From Planctomycetota bacterium (GTDB taxonomy: Bacteria > Planctomycetota > GCA-002687715 > CAIWVZ01): DNA of 64,000 nucleotides. The first letter of the stretch is position 1; every line of letters begins with the position of its first letter. The position numbers and the translations under genes were made by a program. The notes under the pieces were generated by a model. That model saw only the letters and a list, made by a program, of their open reading frames with translations, was not told where the DNA came from and did not search any database. Positions 50,993 to 62,024 of the stretch are shown piece after piece. The DNA lies in contig JBGANV010000003.1 in assembly GCA_044222185.1 (NCBI GenBank), positions 448,001-512,000 on the forward strand. Reading direction: 5' to 3'.

Positions 50993-51742
50993 ATGTCGCA
51001 GGCAACGCCACATTGGGACTCCAAGTTCTCTTCCGCGTGCTGGCAGCTGTTCTGTCGCTGCCGCGATGGAGACGGCGACACGGAACGAAGGCAGGCCAGG
51101 ATGGAGCTTGCGGCGCTCTGTGCCCGTCCCGTGCATCGGTTCTTCGCGCGAGAGCTCCGTCTACCCGAGCATGAGGCCGACGACCTGACGCAGGGATTCC
51201 TCCTTCGCTTCATGGAACGAGACGGCGCCCTCGATCCGAAGGAGCGCACGAGCTGTCGTGGCTTCATCAAGGCCGCGTGCCGCGCGTTTTGGAAGAATGA
51301 GATTCGGCGCCGAAATGGCGGCATCGAGGGTTTGCTGACGACGTTGCCGGCGGACGACACGGGCGTGGCTGTCGACGAGCGGACGACGACGATCGATCGG
51401 ATGATCGATGCCGAGTGGCGACGGATGATCATCACCGAAGCGATGGGCCTCACTGAAGCCCGTCTCACGGCCGAGGGCAGGTCCGTCGAGTACGCAGTGC
51501 TGTGCGAGTCGGTCATCGATGACGGCCGACAGCGGGCGACGCGGCAAGACGTCGCAAGGCGCCTGGGCCTCACCGTGATCGACGTTCAGAACGCGCGTGC
51601 ATCGGCCCGTCGCGCTCTGGAGGAGGCACTTTGGGACGTCGCTTCGCGCCTGTCACACGACCCTGATTCCGAACTGCACGGGCTTGGCCTTCCGACCCGC
51701 AGGAGTCGCGGGGCATCGCGCCCTCCGCCGACGGGAAAGTGA
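50993..51742 (+). CDS. ECF sigma factor (planctomycete-like)
   Basis: [53 protein letters not shown]; GTGA/ATG overlap with the kinase gene. Confidence 0.82.
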   Translation: MSQATPHWDSKFSSACWQLFCRCRDGDGDTERRQARMELAALCARPVHRFFARELRLPEHEADDLTQGFLLRFMERDGALDPKERTSCRGFIKAACRAFWKNEIRRRNGGIEGLLTTLPADDTGVAVDERTTTIDRMIDAEWRRMIITEAMGLTEARLTAEGRSVEYAVLCESVIDDGRQRATRQDVARRLGLTVIDVQNARASARRALEEALWDVASRLSHDPDSELHGLGLPTRRSRGASRPPPTGK

Positions 51743-54700
51743 TGGACGAGTCCACGAGCGAATCCGCGCGCACCAGGTTCCGGCAGATTCTCTCCGCGGA
51801 CCTTCGTGCCGGACGGGTCCGCAGCCTCAGCGAATACCAGGAACGCTTCCCCGAGTGCCCAGACGTCATCGAGGCCGAATACGACGCCCGACTCGACCGC
51901 CTGCTGGAGGTCACGGACGAGCAGCATTCCTCCGCGGATTCCGCCACGTTTCGATCGCCACCACCGCCAGTCCCCGACCCGGACGACCGGCGATGGATCG
52001 GTCAGTACCACATCCTGCGGTTGATCGGCCGCGGAGGGCAGGGTTCCGTCTTTCTCGCCCACGACACCAAACTCCGGCGCGACGTGGCCATCAAGCTCTT
52101 GGCAGGCGCCGGCGGAACGGGCGCCGACGTTCTCGGTCGCTGCAGGCGCGAAGTGGCGGCCCTGTCCCGAATCCATCACCCGGGCGTTTGCGACGTCTTC
52201 GACACGGGGCTCGTAGACGGGATTCCATACATCGTCATGCGATTCGTCGACGGCGAGTCTCTCGCACAACGGATCACATGGACCGTCGCCCGGTCGGGTG
52301 GGACGCCGGGCTGTGCCGACGTCGCTCCCACGGACGCGGCGAGCGGTGCGGCGGAGGACCCACGGGATCGGGCCACTGTGCTGCGCGCCGTCCGGCTTGT
52401 CGAGCAGGTCGCGCAATCGCTGCACGCGGCGCACGAGGTGGGGATCGTCCACCGTGACGTGAAGCCAGCGAACATCATGGTGACGAGGGCCGGCGAGCCG
52501 GTCATCCTGGATTTCGGACTTGCACGTCAGGTCGACAGCCAGTCCGTGACCCTGACTCGCCCCGGCGACGCCGTCGGGACTCCGCGATACATGTCGCCCG
52601 AGCAACTCGGTCCCGACTCCCGCATCGCCCTCGATCGCCGCACGGATGTGTGGTCACTTGGCGTGGTCCTCTTCGAATGCCTCACGTGCCGGCATCCGTT
52701 CGACCGCGGGTCACCGGCGTCGCTCGTCGCCGCGATCCAGACCGAGGAGACCCCAGACCCTCGTCGCCACAACGCGTCGATCAACAGGGATCTGAAGACG
52801 ATCATCGAGAAGGCCCTCGAGAAAGATCGGACGCGGCGGTATGCCACCGCGGACGCCTTCGCACGAGACCTGCGGAACCTGCTCGAATACCGTCCGATCG
52901 AGGCCCGGCCGGCGAGCCTCATCACACGGACGGTTCGCCTCCTGCGCCGCCACCCGCTCACGACCGCGTCCTCGGCTACGGCCATCGCGATGCTGCTCCT
53001 CGCCCTCTGCGTCCCGGGCCTGTGGATTCGCGCTCCCCGACCGCCGACCGGCCTGCGCTTCGGGTCCGTCGCTCCGGCTCGCACGCGCGAGATGGCAGCG
53101 CAACTTCAGGTGGAGGTGCGCGCGGCCGACGCCGGGGCGGACTCCCCCTGGACTCCAGCCCCGATCGACGGGGAACTCGTGCGGCTGCCCCCGGGGAGAT
53201 ACATCCTCCGCATCCGGCGGACGAACGCATTCCCCTACGTGAGCCCGCGACCGGTGACGGTCGTCGACGGCGAGACACCGACGATCACCGCCCTGCTCAC
53301 TCCCATCGAGACCTGGTCGTCACACATCGGCGCGATCCGCTCTCGGCCCGTCGTTCGGAGGCGCGTGGGGATGTCGCCCGAGGTCATCGTGCGCAACGAC
53401 GCTGGACTGCGCCGTCTACAGGCGCTCTCGGGCATGGAGCGAGAGCGCCTCACGCAGACCACGAGTTCGGGGCCAGCGCAGGAATGGCTCTCGAGCGAGA
53501 CCATTCCCCTGCGTCTCTTCTCGCGGTGCAGCGGCGGGATCAAGGTCTACGATCTGCCGTCCAAGGAAGGTCAGGATCTCGAGGGACACAGCCTGGGCGT
53601 CGACGTCGCGCGAATCGCACGGATGGAGGTGGTCGGCGACGTGGACGGCGACGGCGTCGACGACTGCGCCGTCGCTCTGCTCGCAGATGGTTCGGGCCCC
53701 GGGAGGGTCGACCTGTTTTCCGGCAAGGATCAGCAGAGGCTGATGACGGCGACAGCCCAGGTCCGTCGGTGCGACGTGATCACCTCGTTGCGTGATCCGC
53801 GCGGTAGCTTGTCGGCGCTCGTCGTCGCCGCGGACGAGCGCGTGAGGATCCTCGGGCCACGCGGCGAGTGTCTCGAGACCTGGACCGTGCCACGCGGCGT
53901 CGACACGGTGGTCGGCGCCGCTGGCGCGTCGTGGCCCGCGCCGATCGCGGTCGCCGGCGCGTTCGGCGCAATCCTCGTGGAACCAGGAACTGCTGGACGA
54001 CCGCTTCGTCTGAGTTCGAGCCCAGGCTGCGCCATCGCGGCGGCGCGATCACCCGAGGGCGCCGCCATCTTCGTGCTCGCAACGGCGAGCGGCGTCTCGG
54101 GCTACGCCGCCGACGGACGACTCCTCTGGGAAACCGCGCTCGTGCTCGTCCCGCCGATACGATTGTCGATCGGCGATCTCGACGGTGTGGCTGGCGACGA
54201 GGTCGTCGTTGCCGGCGGCAATGGCATCCTGCGAGCGCTCTCCGGGACGTCGCACGAGGAATCCTGGAGCTACGAAACCGGTGCAGCGATCCTCTATCCG
54301 CCTGTCGTCGCTGACCTGGACGGTGAAGGTACGTGCGGGGTCATCGTCGCGGGTGCAGACGACCAGTTGCGCGCGCTGCGCGGTTCACCTGGGAGCAGGG
54401 TCTGGACCGCCACCGTCGAATACGCCCTCGGGGCACGCGCGCAGCTCGTCACTCGGCCGCACCTCTCGCCGGTCGTGGTGATCGGAGCCGCGGGCTATGG
54501 GGCGGCGCCCTACGAGACCGCGATGTCGGGGCCGTGCGTTCGGGCATTCGATGCCTGGAGCGGAGGCGACGTCTGGTCCTACTTCTCCGGCTCCGCCTTG
54601 CTGTGGTGCCCGGACGTTGTGGACCTCGACGGTGACGGAACCTCCGACACGCTCGTGCAAGAGCGAAGCGGAAGGCTCCTCGGGCTCCGCGCGACCGATG

Positions 54701-55593
54701 GCGGGATCAGCTTCGACCATCCGATCAACGGAGAGTTCGCGTTCGCGGCTCCGCGGATCGCCGATCTCGACGGCAACGGGAAACCCGAGATCCTCTACAA
54801 GGAGATCGTCTACGGAGACTCAACGTCGGAAACACGGTTGGTGGCCCTCGACCCTCGTACACGGCGCGAGCTGTGGCGTTGTGCCGACGCTTCGATCCGC
54901 CGAAGTTCCGCACTCGTCGTCGGTGACATCGACGGAGATCGCAAGCCGGACGTCGTCTGCACGTGTGGGCCTGAGGGCTACGTCATCCTCGACGCCGCGA
55001 CAGGAGCCGTCATCCGAACGGAACCGCCTCCGCAGGAGACCTACGCCGTCCCGCCGGCGATGATCGACGACGTCGACGGCGATGGCGTCGCGGATTGGAT
55101 CGTGGGCTTCAGGACACGGGATTTCCGCAAGGCCGACTCTCAGCTCGTCGTACTGGATGGTCGAAGTCGGCGGGTGCTCTGGCGAGTCCGAGACCTCAGC
55201 TACGACGCCCCTCCCGCGCTCGCCGACGTCGACGGGAACGGCAAGGCGGTCATCGTCTCCGATGGCGATGGATCGGTGCGTGCATTTCGCGGCCGGGATG
55301 GACGCGAACTTTGGAAGCCACAGAGGATCTCGTCGATCGGGCTGTACTCCGCCGCCGTCGTGGGCGATCTCGACGGCGACGGTCACCCCGAGATCGTCGT
55401 CGGTGCCGAAGACCGCAGGGTGTGCGTGTTGGATGGCCGCAGTGGCGCGCTTCTTCGCGCCTTCGGTACGCAGGCCGCCGTCCTCGGCACGGCACTCCTG
55501 ACGGACCTCGACGGCGATGGACGTCTCGAGGTCATCATCGGTGCCGACGACGGCAAGCTCCATTGCCTCCGCTACGTGCCGCCCGCGCGCTGA
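51739..55593 (+). CDS. Membrane Ser/Thr kinase with extracytoplasmic FG-GAP/PQQ-like propeller
   Basis: [34 protein letters not shown]; TM segment; about ten D[LVI]DG[DN]G-type repeats. Confidence 0.93.
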   Translation: MMDESTSESARTRFRQILSADLRAGRVRSLSEYQERFPECPDVIEAEYDARLDRLLEVTDEQHSSADSATFRSPPPPVPDPDDRRWIGQYHILRLIGRGGQGSVFLAHDTKLRRDVAIKLLAGAGGTGADVLGRCRREVAALSRIHHPGVCDVFDTGLVDGIPYIVMRFVDGESLAQRITWTVARSGGTPGCADVAPTDAASGAAEDPRDRATVLRAVRLVEQVAQSLHAAHEVGIVHRDVKPANIMVTRAGEPVILDFGLARQVDSQSVTLTRPGDAVGTPRYMSPEQLGPDSRIALDRRTDVWSLGVVLFECLTCRHPFDRGSPASLVAAIQTEETPDPRRHNASINRDLKTIIEKALEKDRTRRYATADAFARDLRNLLEYRPIEARPASLITRTVRLLRRHPLTTASSATAIAMLLLALCVPGLWIRAPRPPTGLRFGSVAPARTREMAAQLQVEVRAADAGADSPWTPAPIDGELVRLPPGRYILRIRRTNAFPYVSPRPVTVVDGETPTITALLTPIETWSSHIGAIRSRPVVRRRVGMSPEVIVRNDAGLRRLQALSGMERERLTQTTSSGPAQEWLSSETIPLRLFSRCSGGIKVYDLPSKEGQDLEGHSLGVDVARIARMEVVGDVDGDGVDDCAVALLADGSGPGRVDLFSGKDQQRLMTATAQVRRCDVITSLRDPRGSLSALVVAADERVRILGPRGECLETWTVPRGVDTVVGAAGASWPAPIAVAGAFGAILVEPGTAGRPLRLSSSPGCAIAAARSPEGAAIFVLATASGVSGYAADGRLLWETALVLVPPIRLSIGDLDGVAGDEVVVAGGNGILRALSGTSHEESWSYETGAAILYPPVVADLDGEGTCGVIVAGADDQLRALRGSPGSRVWTATVEYALGARAQLVTRPHLSPVVVIGAAGYGAAPYETAMSGPCVRAFDAWSGGDVWSYFSGSALLWCPDVVDLDGDGTSDTLVQERSGRLLGLRATDGGISFDHPINGEFAFAAPRIADLDGNGKPEILYKEIVYGDSTSETRLVALDPRTRRELWRCADASIRRSSALVVGDIDGDRKPDVVCTCGPEGYVILDAATGAVIRTEPPPQETYAVPPAMIDDVDGDGVADWIVGFRTRDFRKADSQLVVLDGRSRRVLWRVRDLSYDAPPALADVDGNGKAVIVSDGDGSVRAFRGRDGRELWKPQRISSIGLYSAAVVGDLDGDGHPEIVVGAEDRRVCVLDGRSGALLRAFGTQAAVLGTALLTDLDGDGRLEVIIGADDGKLHCLRYVPPAR

Positions 55594-55811
55594 TGTTGCG
55601 GCTCAGCGGCGGAGCGCGGTGAGCGCCATGCACCGAAACCTCGCCATGCACTGAGCGAGCGCCCACGGACCCGCGCCGCTGTTGCTTCACGGCGCCCGCC
55701 GTGCCCCGAGAAATTCCTGCGGTGTTTGCGGCTTTCTATTCGACGCGACACGGCGCGTGATCGGCCGATAGCACCTGGCTTGCGTCGCGTGGCGATCCGC
55801 GAGCCTCTTGC

Positions 55812-57245
55812 GTGCGCGCCGCACAATGGAGCAAGTCCGTGAGAGCACGATTCCGAACCAAGGCTCGGTCACATTCCCCGGTCGATTCAGGCGCGTCGTC
55901 GGCGACAAGGCGACGAATCAGGGTTGGAGGCCCAAATCGACCCCGCGTCGGATTGGCCTGCGCCGTTGGGCTCGTCCTCACGCTGGCCGCTGCAGGAGCC
56001 CGGGCGCAAGTCTGGGTGGGTGCCAATTGGAGCGGCACGACGTGGGCGACTGCGTCAAACACGGGCCCGACGCCGCGATCCCGTCACGCCATGGCCTACG
56101 ACAGCGCCCGCGGAAGGACGGTGCTGTTCGGCGGAACCGATGGTCAAAGCCAGACCTGGGAATGGGACGGCCATACGTGGGCGCAACGCTTCCCCTCGAA
56201 CGTGCCTCCGTCTCGCGCCGGACATGCGATGGCCTATGACCGTGCGCGAGGCGTGACCGTGATGTTCGGCGGGACGCAGACGAACCCGCTCGGAGACACC
56301 TGGGAATGGAACGGCACGACGTGGACCAACCCACCCGTCGTCGGCCCGACGCCTCGTGCAAATCTCGCCATGGCCTATGACATCGCGCGCGGAAAGACCG
56401 TCTTGTTTGGTGGAACGGATGGACAGAGTGAGACGTGGGAATGGGACGGCGTCGCCTGGGTGCAGCGGTTTCCTTTGAACCCGCCTCCGTTTCGCGCCGG
56501 CCACGCCATGGCGTACGACAGCTCGAGACACGTGACCGTGCTGTTTGGAGGCACGCAGAGCGGTCCACTCGGCGACACGTGGGAGTGGAACGGCTCGGCG
56601 TGGACCCAACAAGCAAGCACGGGTCCGACACCGCGCGCGTTCCACGCGATGGCCTTCGACGAAGCGCGCGGACGAATCGTGCTCTTCGGCGGATCTGACG
56701 GCCAGAATCAGACCTGGGAGTGGGACGGCGTTGCGTGGACGCAGCGCTTTTCGCAATGGGTGCCTCCGTTCCGTCGCGCGCACGCACTCGCCTACGACTC
56801 GGCTCGAGGCCGGACCGTGATGTTTGGCGGGTTCGATGGAGCGTCGCTCGGCGACACGCTGGAATGGGCGGCACCCTGCGAGATGGTCGCCGTGGGACAC
56901 CCGGGCGGAGGGCTTCCCCTGGGCTGCACCAGCGCCCCGGTCATCGGAAGCACGTCCTGCCTGGCCTTCCCGAACGCCAGCGCGCAGGGACTCATGGCGA
57001 TCGGAGTCGCGCCCGTGATCCATCCGCCACTCGCGACGACCACGCCGCTGACCTGCGCACCGGGCAACGCCTACGTGAACCCGTTCATCGTGCTTCCAGT
57101 CACCGGCGATCCGGGTGTGGTCTGCTTCTCGATCCCGCCCATCGCGACGCTGGCCGGGCAGAGCTTCTGCATCCAGGGTGGCTCGATCAACGCCGGCGGC
57201 TGTGTCCAGCTGACCAACGCCGTCGTGATCACGATCCAGCCCTGA
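55812..57245 (+). CDS. Secreted Kelch-like repeat protein with conserved C-terminal domain
   Basis: Six R..HAMAYD..RG..VLFGG...TWEW[DN]G repeats; signal segment ending ARAQ. Start codon uncertain. Confidence 0.85.
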   Translation: MRAAQWSKSVRARFRTKARSHSPVDSGASSATRRRIRVGGPNRPRVGLACAVGLVLTLAAAGARAQVWVGANWSGTTWATASNTGPTPRSRHAMAYDSARGRTVLFGGTDGQSQTWEWDGHTWAQRFPSNVPPSRAGHAMAYDRARGVTVMFGGTQTNPLGDTWEWNGTTWTNPPVVGPTPRANLAMAYDIARGKTVLFGGTDGQSETWEWDGVAWVQRFPLNPPPFRAGHAMAYDSSRHVTVLFGGTQSGPLGDTWEWNGSAWTQQASTGPTPRAFHAMAFDEARGRIVLFGGSDGQNQTWEWDGVAWTQRFSQWVPPFRRAHALAYDSARGRTVMFGGFDGASLGDTLEWAAPCEMVAVGHPGGGLPLGCTSAPVIGSTSCLAFPNASAQGLMAIGVAPVIHPPLATTTPLTCAPGNAYVNPFIVLPVTGDPGVVCFSIPPIATLAGQSFCIQGGSINAGGCVQLTNAVVITIQP

Positions 57246-57405
57246 CGACGGAACGGTGGGCACGCGTGCCGGCGACGCAAAGCCCCGTGGTCGGCGCAGG
57301 TCGTCGTACCGCTGACCGGCGGGATTCCCCCGCCGTCTGTCCTCAACCGCCACCCATCGGAGTTCCTGGAACGTCAGACGCGGCGGCGCCGCGGAAGGGT
57401 GTTCC

Positions 57406-60400
57406 ATGGTTCGACTGCATCGGGTGTTCTTGAGCGTGGCGGTCCTCGCGGCGGCCGTGTCGGGCCAGGCGATCCTCTCGGCGGCGGTCGTTCCGGTCGC
57501 GGTCGCGAGCGCGGTGCAATCCAACCCGGGGACGATGCCGCTGACGGCCTGGAGCGGCACCGTCTTCGTCCCCGGCGTCGCTGCGATGCGGCTGAAGTTC
57601 GACGTCGCGAGGCTCGCGGGAGCAGACGACGCCATCGTCGTCACGAACCCGCTCGATGGGCAGATCCAACGGCTCGATCCCGAGCACCTCGCCCAATGGA
57701 ACGACACGTCGGGATGGTTCAACGGCAACACGCTGACCGCCTCGCTCGAACTGGGACCGTTCTCCAGCGGCGCCGTCTCCGTCGGATCTGCGACGGTGCA
57801 GGTGGCGCCGCTCATCCCCGAGACGATCTGTTTCAGCGACGACAGAGCGCCCGTCCTCGATCTCCGCATGTTCCGGCTCGTGATCGGCACGAATCAGGGC
57901 ACGAACCTGTGCACGGGATTCGCCGTCGGCGGAGGGCTCGCGTTCGTCTCGGCCGGTCATTGCTTTGCTGGATTCACGGGGCTGTCCGTCGTCGCGGAGA
58001 CCAACGTCCCGCCTTCGACGAGCGCGGGCATCCTCGTCCATCCCGCGATCGTCGATCAGTTCCCGGCGGATGAGGCGTCCTTCGTGGTCAACGCGGGCGG
58101 ACCTGGCCATGACTGGGCCGTCGGGAGACTTCACCCCAATTCCGCCGGTGTGCCCGTCGGACAACTCGTCAGCGGTACGCTGTTTCCGACGAACGGTTTC
58201 GGCGGCGCCATCCTGGTCACGAGCTTCGGTGCCGACTCGACGCCCAACCTGACGCGCAACTACGTCGAGCAAGTGAGCGCGGGCACCGCCACACTGGGTA
58301 CGCCGGGCTCGAACATCCTTCTCCACGACGCGGATACCGACTCTGGCTCCGACGGCGCGCCGGTTTTCACGGTCACGAGCCTGGGGAACTTCGTTGCAGG
58401 CATCCACACAGGTGGTGGCTGCACTCAGTCCGGGGGCACGAACACGGCGACGTCGACTTCGGATCCCGCGTTCCAGGCGGCGCTCACGTCGGTTCGCGGC
58501 TGTGGGGATCTCCAACTGCTGGATGGACCGTCGCACCAGGTGGGCTGTGCGACTCCGAACTACTTTCTCACTCCGGTGCAGGCGCGCTGGAACGTCGTCG
58601 GAGTCTCGTCTCCGAGCAACTGGGACATCCGATTCGAGGGCATCTCGTCGGCCCTTGGCGGCAGCGCCTGCGACTTCCTCGTCGCCGACGGCCACGCGGG
58701 CCTCGTCCCGACGACGAGCGGCCCGCTCAATCGCGTCAGCGGGACGTCTCCCGCGCAGGTCCAATTCCAAAGTGCAACGGTCGTCCCCGTCGGGCAGACG
58801 CTCTCGTTGCCCTGGGCGAGCACCGACATCCTCGTCCCCTACGAGTTCCAGGTCACGGCGGCCGGCCAGCACACGATCAACCTGTTCGGCGACCCATCGT
58901 TGAGCTGGTTGCTCTTCGCGCCCGGGAGCGGTTCGAGTTGGTCGGCGCGCTCCAGCGCCATCGCGGTCGGTGGAATCGCGGGCGGCGGCCCCGTCACGAC
59001 ACCGTCGCTCACTCCCGGCGTCTACTGCCTCGTCGTGTTCCGCGACGGTGGTCCGGCGGCCGTGAGTCCATCGACGATCACCCTGAACGTCTGTCCCACG
59101 CAACCGACCATCAATCTGCAGCCTGGGATTCCGCAGCCGATCAACGGCGAGTGCCAGGCGTTCACGTTCACGCCGACACCGTCGATCTGGACTGGCGTCG
59201 CACTGGCGGCGTCGTCCGATTGGTCGCTGTCGGTCAGCGTCAACGTGGGCGTGAACCCGGCGCCGCTCACGGAGTTCGCCGTGGGGAACGGACACCTCGG
59301 CACGGTGATCCCGCAATCGGGCGTGATGGTCCGCATGGGCGGGCCGGGCCCGGCGACGGCCGAGCTCGTCACGGCGACGTCGCTCGGAAGCGGAGCGTAC
59401 ACGTCGACGACGCTCCCGGCAGGCCACGTGATGCGGCTCTTCGAGGTGACGACCACCGTGGCATTCAACTACGAGATCACGGTGACGGGCGATCCAGCGC
59501 TCAAGTGGTTCTACTGCACTCGTGCGAATGCAGGTTTGTTCGGGCGCACGCAGGTGCAGATCTCCGGAGACGTGGGCGACAACGGCGCGAGCGTGGCGGT
59601 CGGGCCTGGGACGTTTGCCATCGCCATCGTGTATGACGGCCCGGTGGCGGCGGTCGATCTTCCGTTCGCACTTCGCGTGGGCAGCGCGGCGTCGCACCTG
59701 ACGCTGAGCGGCCCGGGAGCGAGCGTCGCCGTGAGCAACTCCACGCAGTCGAGCTTCAGCTTCACGTCGGCACCGGCAGCCGCGCGCTGGAACGCCGTGG
59801 GCGTCGACGGTGGCTTCAGCCTCGTCGGCGGCTGGGGCATCTCCATGGGACCCGCTTCGTCTGCGAGCTCGTTCGCATCGGTGCTGCTTTCGAACGGGCG
59901 GCTCGGCTTCATCAACCCCGTGAACGGGATCATCCAGACCGGCACCGCGTTGAGCGCCGGCGGCGCCCTCCGTGAGGCGAACATCACGACGTTCAACGTC
60001 GGACCAACCAGCGGGACGGCGACGTTCTCGCCATTCCCGCTGTTTCACCTCTTCGAGTTCCAGGTGACTACCGCAGGTCTCTACGACATCACGGTGACGG
60101 GCCCCACGACTCACAACTGGTCCCTCTTCCGCCCGGGGACTTCGGCGGTGTGGCGGTCGCGGTCCGCCGCCGACCTGACGGCCCCGTTCGGGACCCAATC
60201 GGGCGTTGCGCTCCAGCCCGGGTGGCACGCGATTCTCGTCACGCGGGCGTCCGGTACGTTCGGCGGCAGCACCACCACGACGGCCACCGTCACACCGGCA
60301 CTGCAGCCTCTCCCCGTACTCACGTCGATCACGCCGCCGACCGCAGTCGCCGGCAGCGCGGACACGCAGCTGACCCTCGCCGGTAGCGGATTCAACGCAT

Positions 60401-61551
60401 TCAGCACCGTTCAGTGGGACTCCGCAACGAGCCTCGCGGTCTCGAGCGTGAGCGCGTCGACGATCGTGGTCACGGTGCCGGCCTCGCTCCTCGCGGCGCC
60501 GGGGGCACATACACTTCGAGTCTTCAATCCACTGCCCGCGGGCGGAACGTCGGCGGCTCAATCGTTCGACGTCACGGCACCGGTGCCGTCGATCGCTGCG
60601 CTGAGTCCGACGACGGCCGTGGCGGGAGGGCCCGCGTTCACGCTCGCCGTCACCGTGTCCGCTGGAACGCCCGTATTTTCCGGGAGCCTCGTCAACTGGA
60701 ACGGCACGCCATTGCCGACGGCACTCGTCGATGCGACGCATCTCACGGCCTCGGTATCCGCCGCCGACCTGTCGGCTGCCGGCATCGCGTCGATCACGGT
60801 GACGGCGACGCTGCCCGGCGGTGGGACGTCCTCCGCCGCGATGCTGCCGATCGTTCCGCCGCACATCATTGCGATCTCCCCCGCGTCACTTCCCCTGATG
60901 ACGCCGGCTTCGCCACTCGTGACGGTGACGGTGACTGGAACCGGTTTCCATCCAGGTTCGTTCGTGCGATCGGGTGCGATTGCGTTGCCGACGACGTTCG
61001 TGACGGCGACCCAGCTCACGTGCGGCGTCGGCCCGTCGATTCCCGAGACGCTCGCGCCTGGCGGTGTGTCGTTCACGGTCGAGAACGCGCACCTCGTGGT
61101 GTCGAACACGACGGCCGCGCTGGTGGCACCCGGCCGCGCCAACGACGGAACCGTGATCCGGTTCCCGATGGCCCCAGCCGCCGCTGAGGCCTTCGGTCTC
61201 CGCATCGAGGGAGGCAAACCCGGGGTGCCCTTCGTGCTCCTCGCGGACCTCGCGCCACCAGCACCGATCGCACAGTGGCCGACGCCCGCCGCGAACCTCC
61301 TGCTCGGCGTGGGTTTCGGCGCAACGACGATCCCCCTCATCGACGGAATCGGGATCTTCGGGCCCGCCAACTCGGCCGCCGTGCTCGGAATTGCGCCGTC
61401 GAGCCTCCCACCGCGCGGCCAGTTCACGCTGAACGGATTCACTCGGCCCTCGGCGCCGCTCGGCGTCTCGTTCACCCTCCAGGCAGCCTATCTCGACCCG
61501 ACGGCCCCGGCCGGATTCGTCCTGGGCTGGCCTCGCCTCGAACGACTCTGA
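57406..61551 (+). CDS. Secreted trypsin-like (pseudo)protease with internal repeats, IPT/TIG domains and conserved C-terminal domain
   Basis: Signal peptide; ETICFSDDR, CTGF, SAGHC, HDWAV, DTDSGSDGAPV, GIHTGGGC; three FE..T...G[DP] repeats; three IPT-like units. Confidence 0.85.
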   Translation: MVRLHRVFLSVAVLAAAVSGQAILSAAVVPVAVASAVQSNPGTMPLTAWSGTVFVPGVAAMRLKFDVARLAGADDAIVVTNPLDGQIQRLDPEHLAQWNDTSGWFNGNTLTASLELGPFSSGAVSVGSATVQVAPLIPETICFSDDRAPVLDLRMFRLVIGTNQGTNLCTGFAVGGGLAFVSAGHCFAGFTGLSVVAETNVPPSTSAGILVHPAIVDQFPADEASFVVNAGGPGHDWAVGRLHPNSAGVPVGQLVSGTLFPTNGFGGAILVTSFGADSTPNLTRNYVEQVSAGTATLGTPGSNILLHDADTDSGSDGAPVFTVTSLGNFVAGIHTGGGCTQSGGTNTATSTSDPAFQAALTSVRGCGDLQLLDGPSHQVGCATPNYFLTPVQARWNVVGVSSPSNWDIRFEGISSALGGSACDFLVADGHAGLVPTTSGPLNRVSGTSPAQVQFQSATVVPVGQTLSLPWASTDILVPYEFQVTAAGQHTINLFGDPSLSWLLFAPGSGSSWSARSSAIAVGGIAGGGPVTTPSLTPGVYCLVVFRDGGPAAVSPSTITLNVCPTQPTINLQPGIPQPINGECQAFTFTPTPSIWTGVALAASSDWSLSVSVNVGVNPAPLTEFAVGNGHLGTVIPQSGVMVRMGGPGPATAELVTATSLGSGAYTSTTLPAGHVMRLFEVTTTVAFNYEITVTGDPALKWFYCTRANAGLFGRTQVQISGDVGDNGASVAVGPGTFAIAIVYDGPVAAVDLPFALRVGSAASHLTLSGPGASVAVSNSTQSSFSFTSAPAAARWNAVGVDGGFSLVGGWGISMGPASSASSFASVLLSNGRLGFINPVNGIIQTGTALSAGGALREANITTFNVGPTSGTATFSPFPLFHLFEFQVTTAGLYDITVTGPTTHNWSLFRPGTSAVWRSRSAADLTAPFGTQSGVALQPGWHAILVTRASGTFGGSTTTTATVTPALQPLPVLTSITPPTAVAGSADTQLTLAGSGFNAFSTVQWDSATSLAVSSVSASTIVVTVPASLLAAPGAHTLRVFNPLPAGGTSAAQSFDVTAPVPSIAALSPTTAVAGGPAFTLAVTVSAGTPVFSGSLVNWNGTPLPTALVDATHLTASVSAADLSAAGIASITVTATLPGGGTSSAAMLPIVPPHIIAISPASLPLMTPASPLVTVTVTGTGFHPGSFVRSGAIALPTTFVTATQLTCGVGPSIPETLAPGGVSFTVENAHLVVSNTTAALVAPGRANDGTVIRFPMAPAAAEAFGLRIEGGKPGVPFVLLADLAPPAPIAQWPTPAANLLLGVGFGATTIPLIDGIGIFGPANSAAVLGIAPSSLPPRGQFTLNGFTRPSAPLGVSFTLQAAYLDPTAPAGFVLGWPRLERL

Positions 61552-61583
61552 AAGTGCGAGTCGGACCGCGCGCGACGGCGCCG

Positions 61584-61627
61584 TTGACATCGTCAAACCA
61601 TCCGGTATATTAAACCGCATGGTTTTA
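61584..61627 (+). promoter_or_regulatory. Sigma70 promoter with ArsR operator overlapping a leaderless start
   Basis: TTGACA (61584)-N16-TATATT (61606); palindrome AAACC-gcat-GGTTT (61612-61625) covers ATG 61619; second partial site AAACCatccGGT upstream. Confidence 0.82.
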
Positions 61628-61978
61628 GATCGATCGCCAAGGCTCGACGTCGTCTTCCGCGCGCTGGCGCACCCGGCCCGGCGCGCCATGATCCGGCAAC
61701 TGTCGGATGGCGAGCGCAACCTCAGCGAGCTGGCCTCTCCCCTCGAGATGACCTTCCCGGCCGCCAGCAAGCACGTGCGCGTGCTGGAGCAGGCCAAGCT
61801 CGTGCGCCGTCGCGTCGTGGGACGCGAGCATCTCTGTCGTCTGGACGCGGCGCCGCTCAAGGACGCGATGCTCTGGACGGAGCAGTTCCGCAAGAACTGG
61901 GAGGCTCGCTTCCAAGCCCTCGATTCACTCCTCGACGAAATGCAGTCGGAGGAGAAACGCCGCGCTCCCCGCCGGTAG
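61619..61978 (+). CDS. ArsR family transcriptional regulator
   Basis: LDVVFRALAHPARR, SELASP..MTFPAASKHVRVLEQAKLV.R...GR. Confidence 0.92.
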   Translation: MVLDRSPRLDVVFRALAHPARRAMIRQLSDGERNLSELASPLEMTFPAASKHVRVLEQAKLVRRRVVGREHLCRLDAAPLKDAMLWTEQFRKNWEARFQALDSLLDEMQSEEKRRAPRR

Positions 61979-62024
61979 TCGTCACATCCGCAATCACCCC
62001 ATCGTCCATCACGAGGATCGCTTC

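Noticed and set aside
56090-56870. Regular DNA repeats that could suggest a CRISPR array or DGR repeats
   Set aside because: They are degenerate in-frame Kelch repeats; no cas or reverse transcriptase gene is in the window. The same applies to the Ig repeats.
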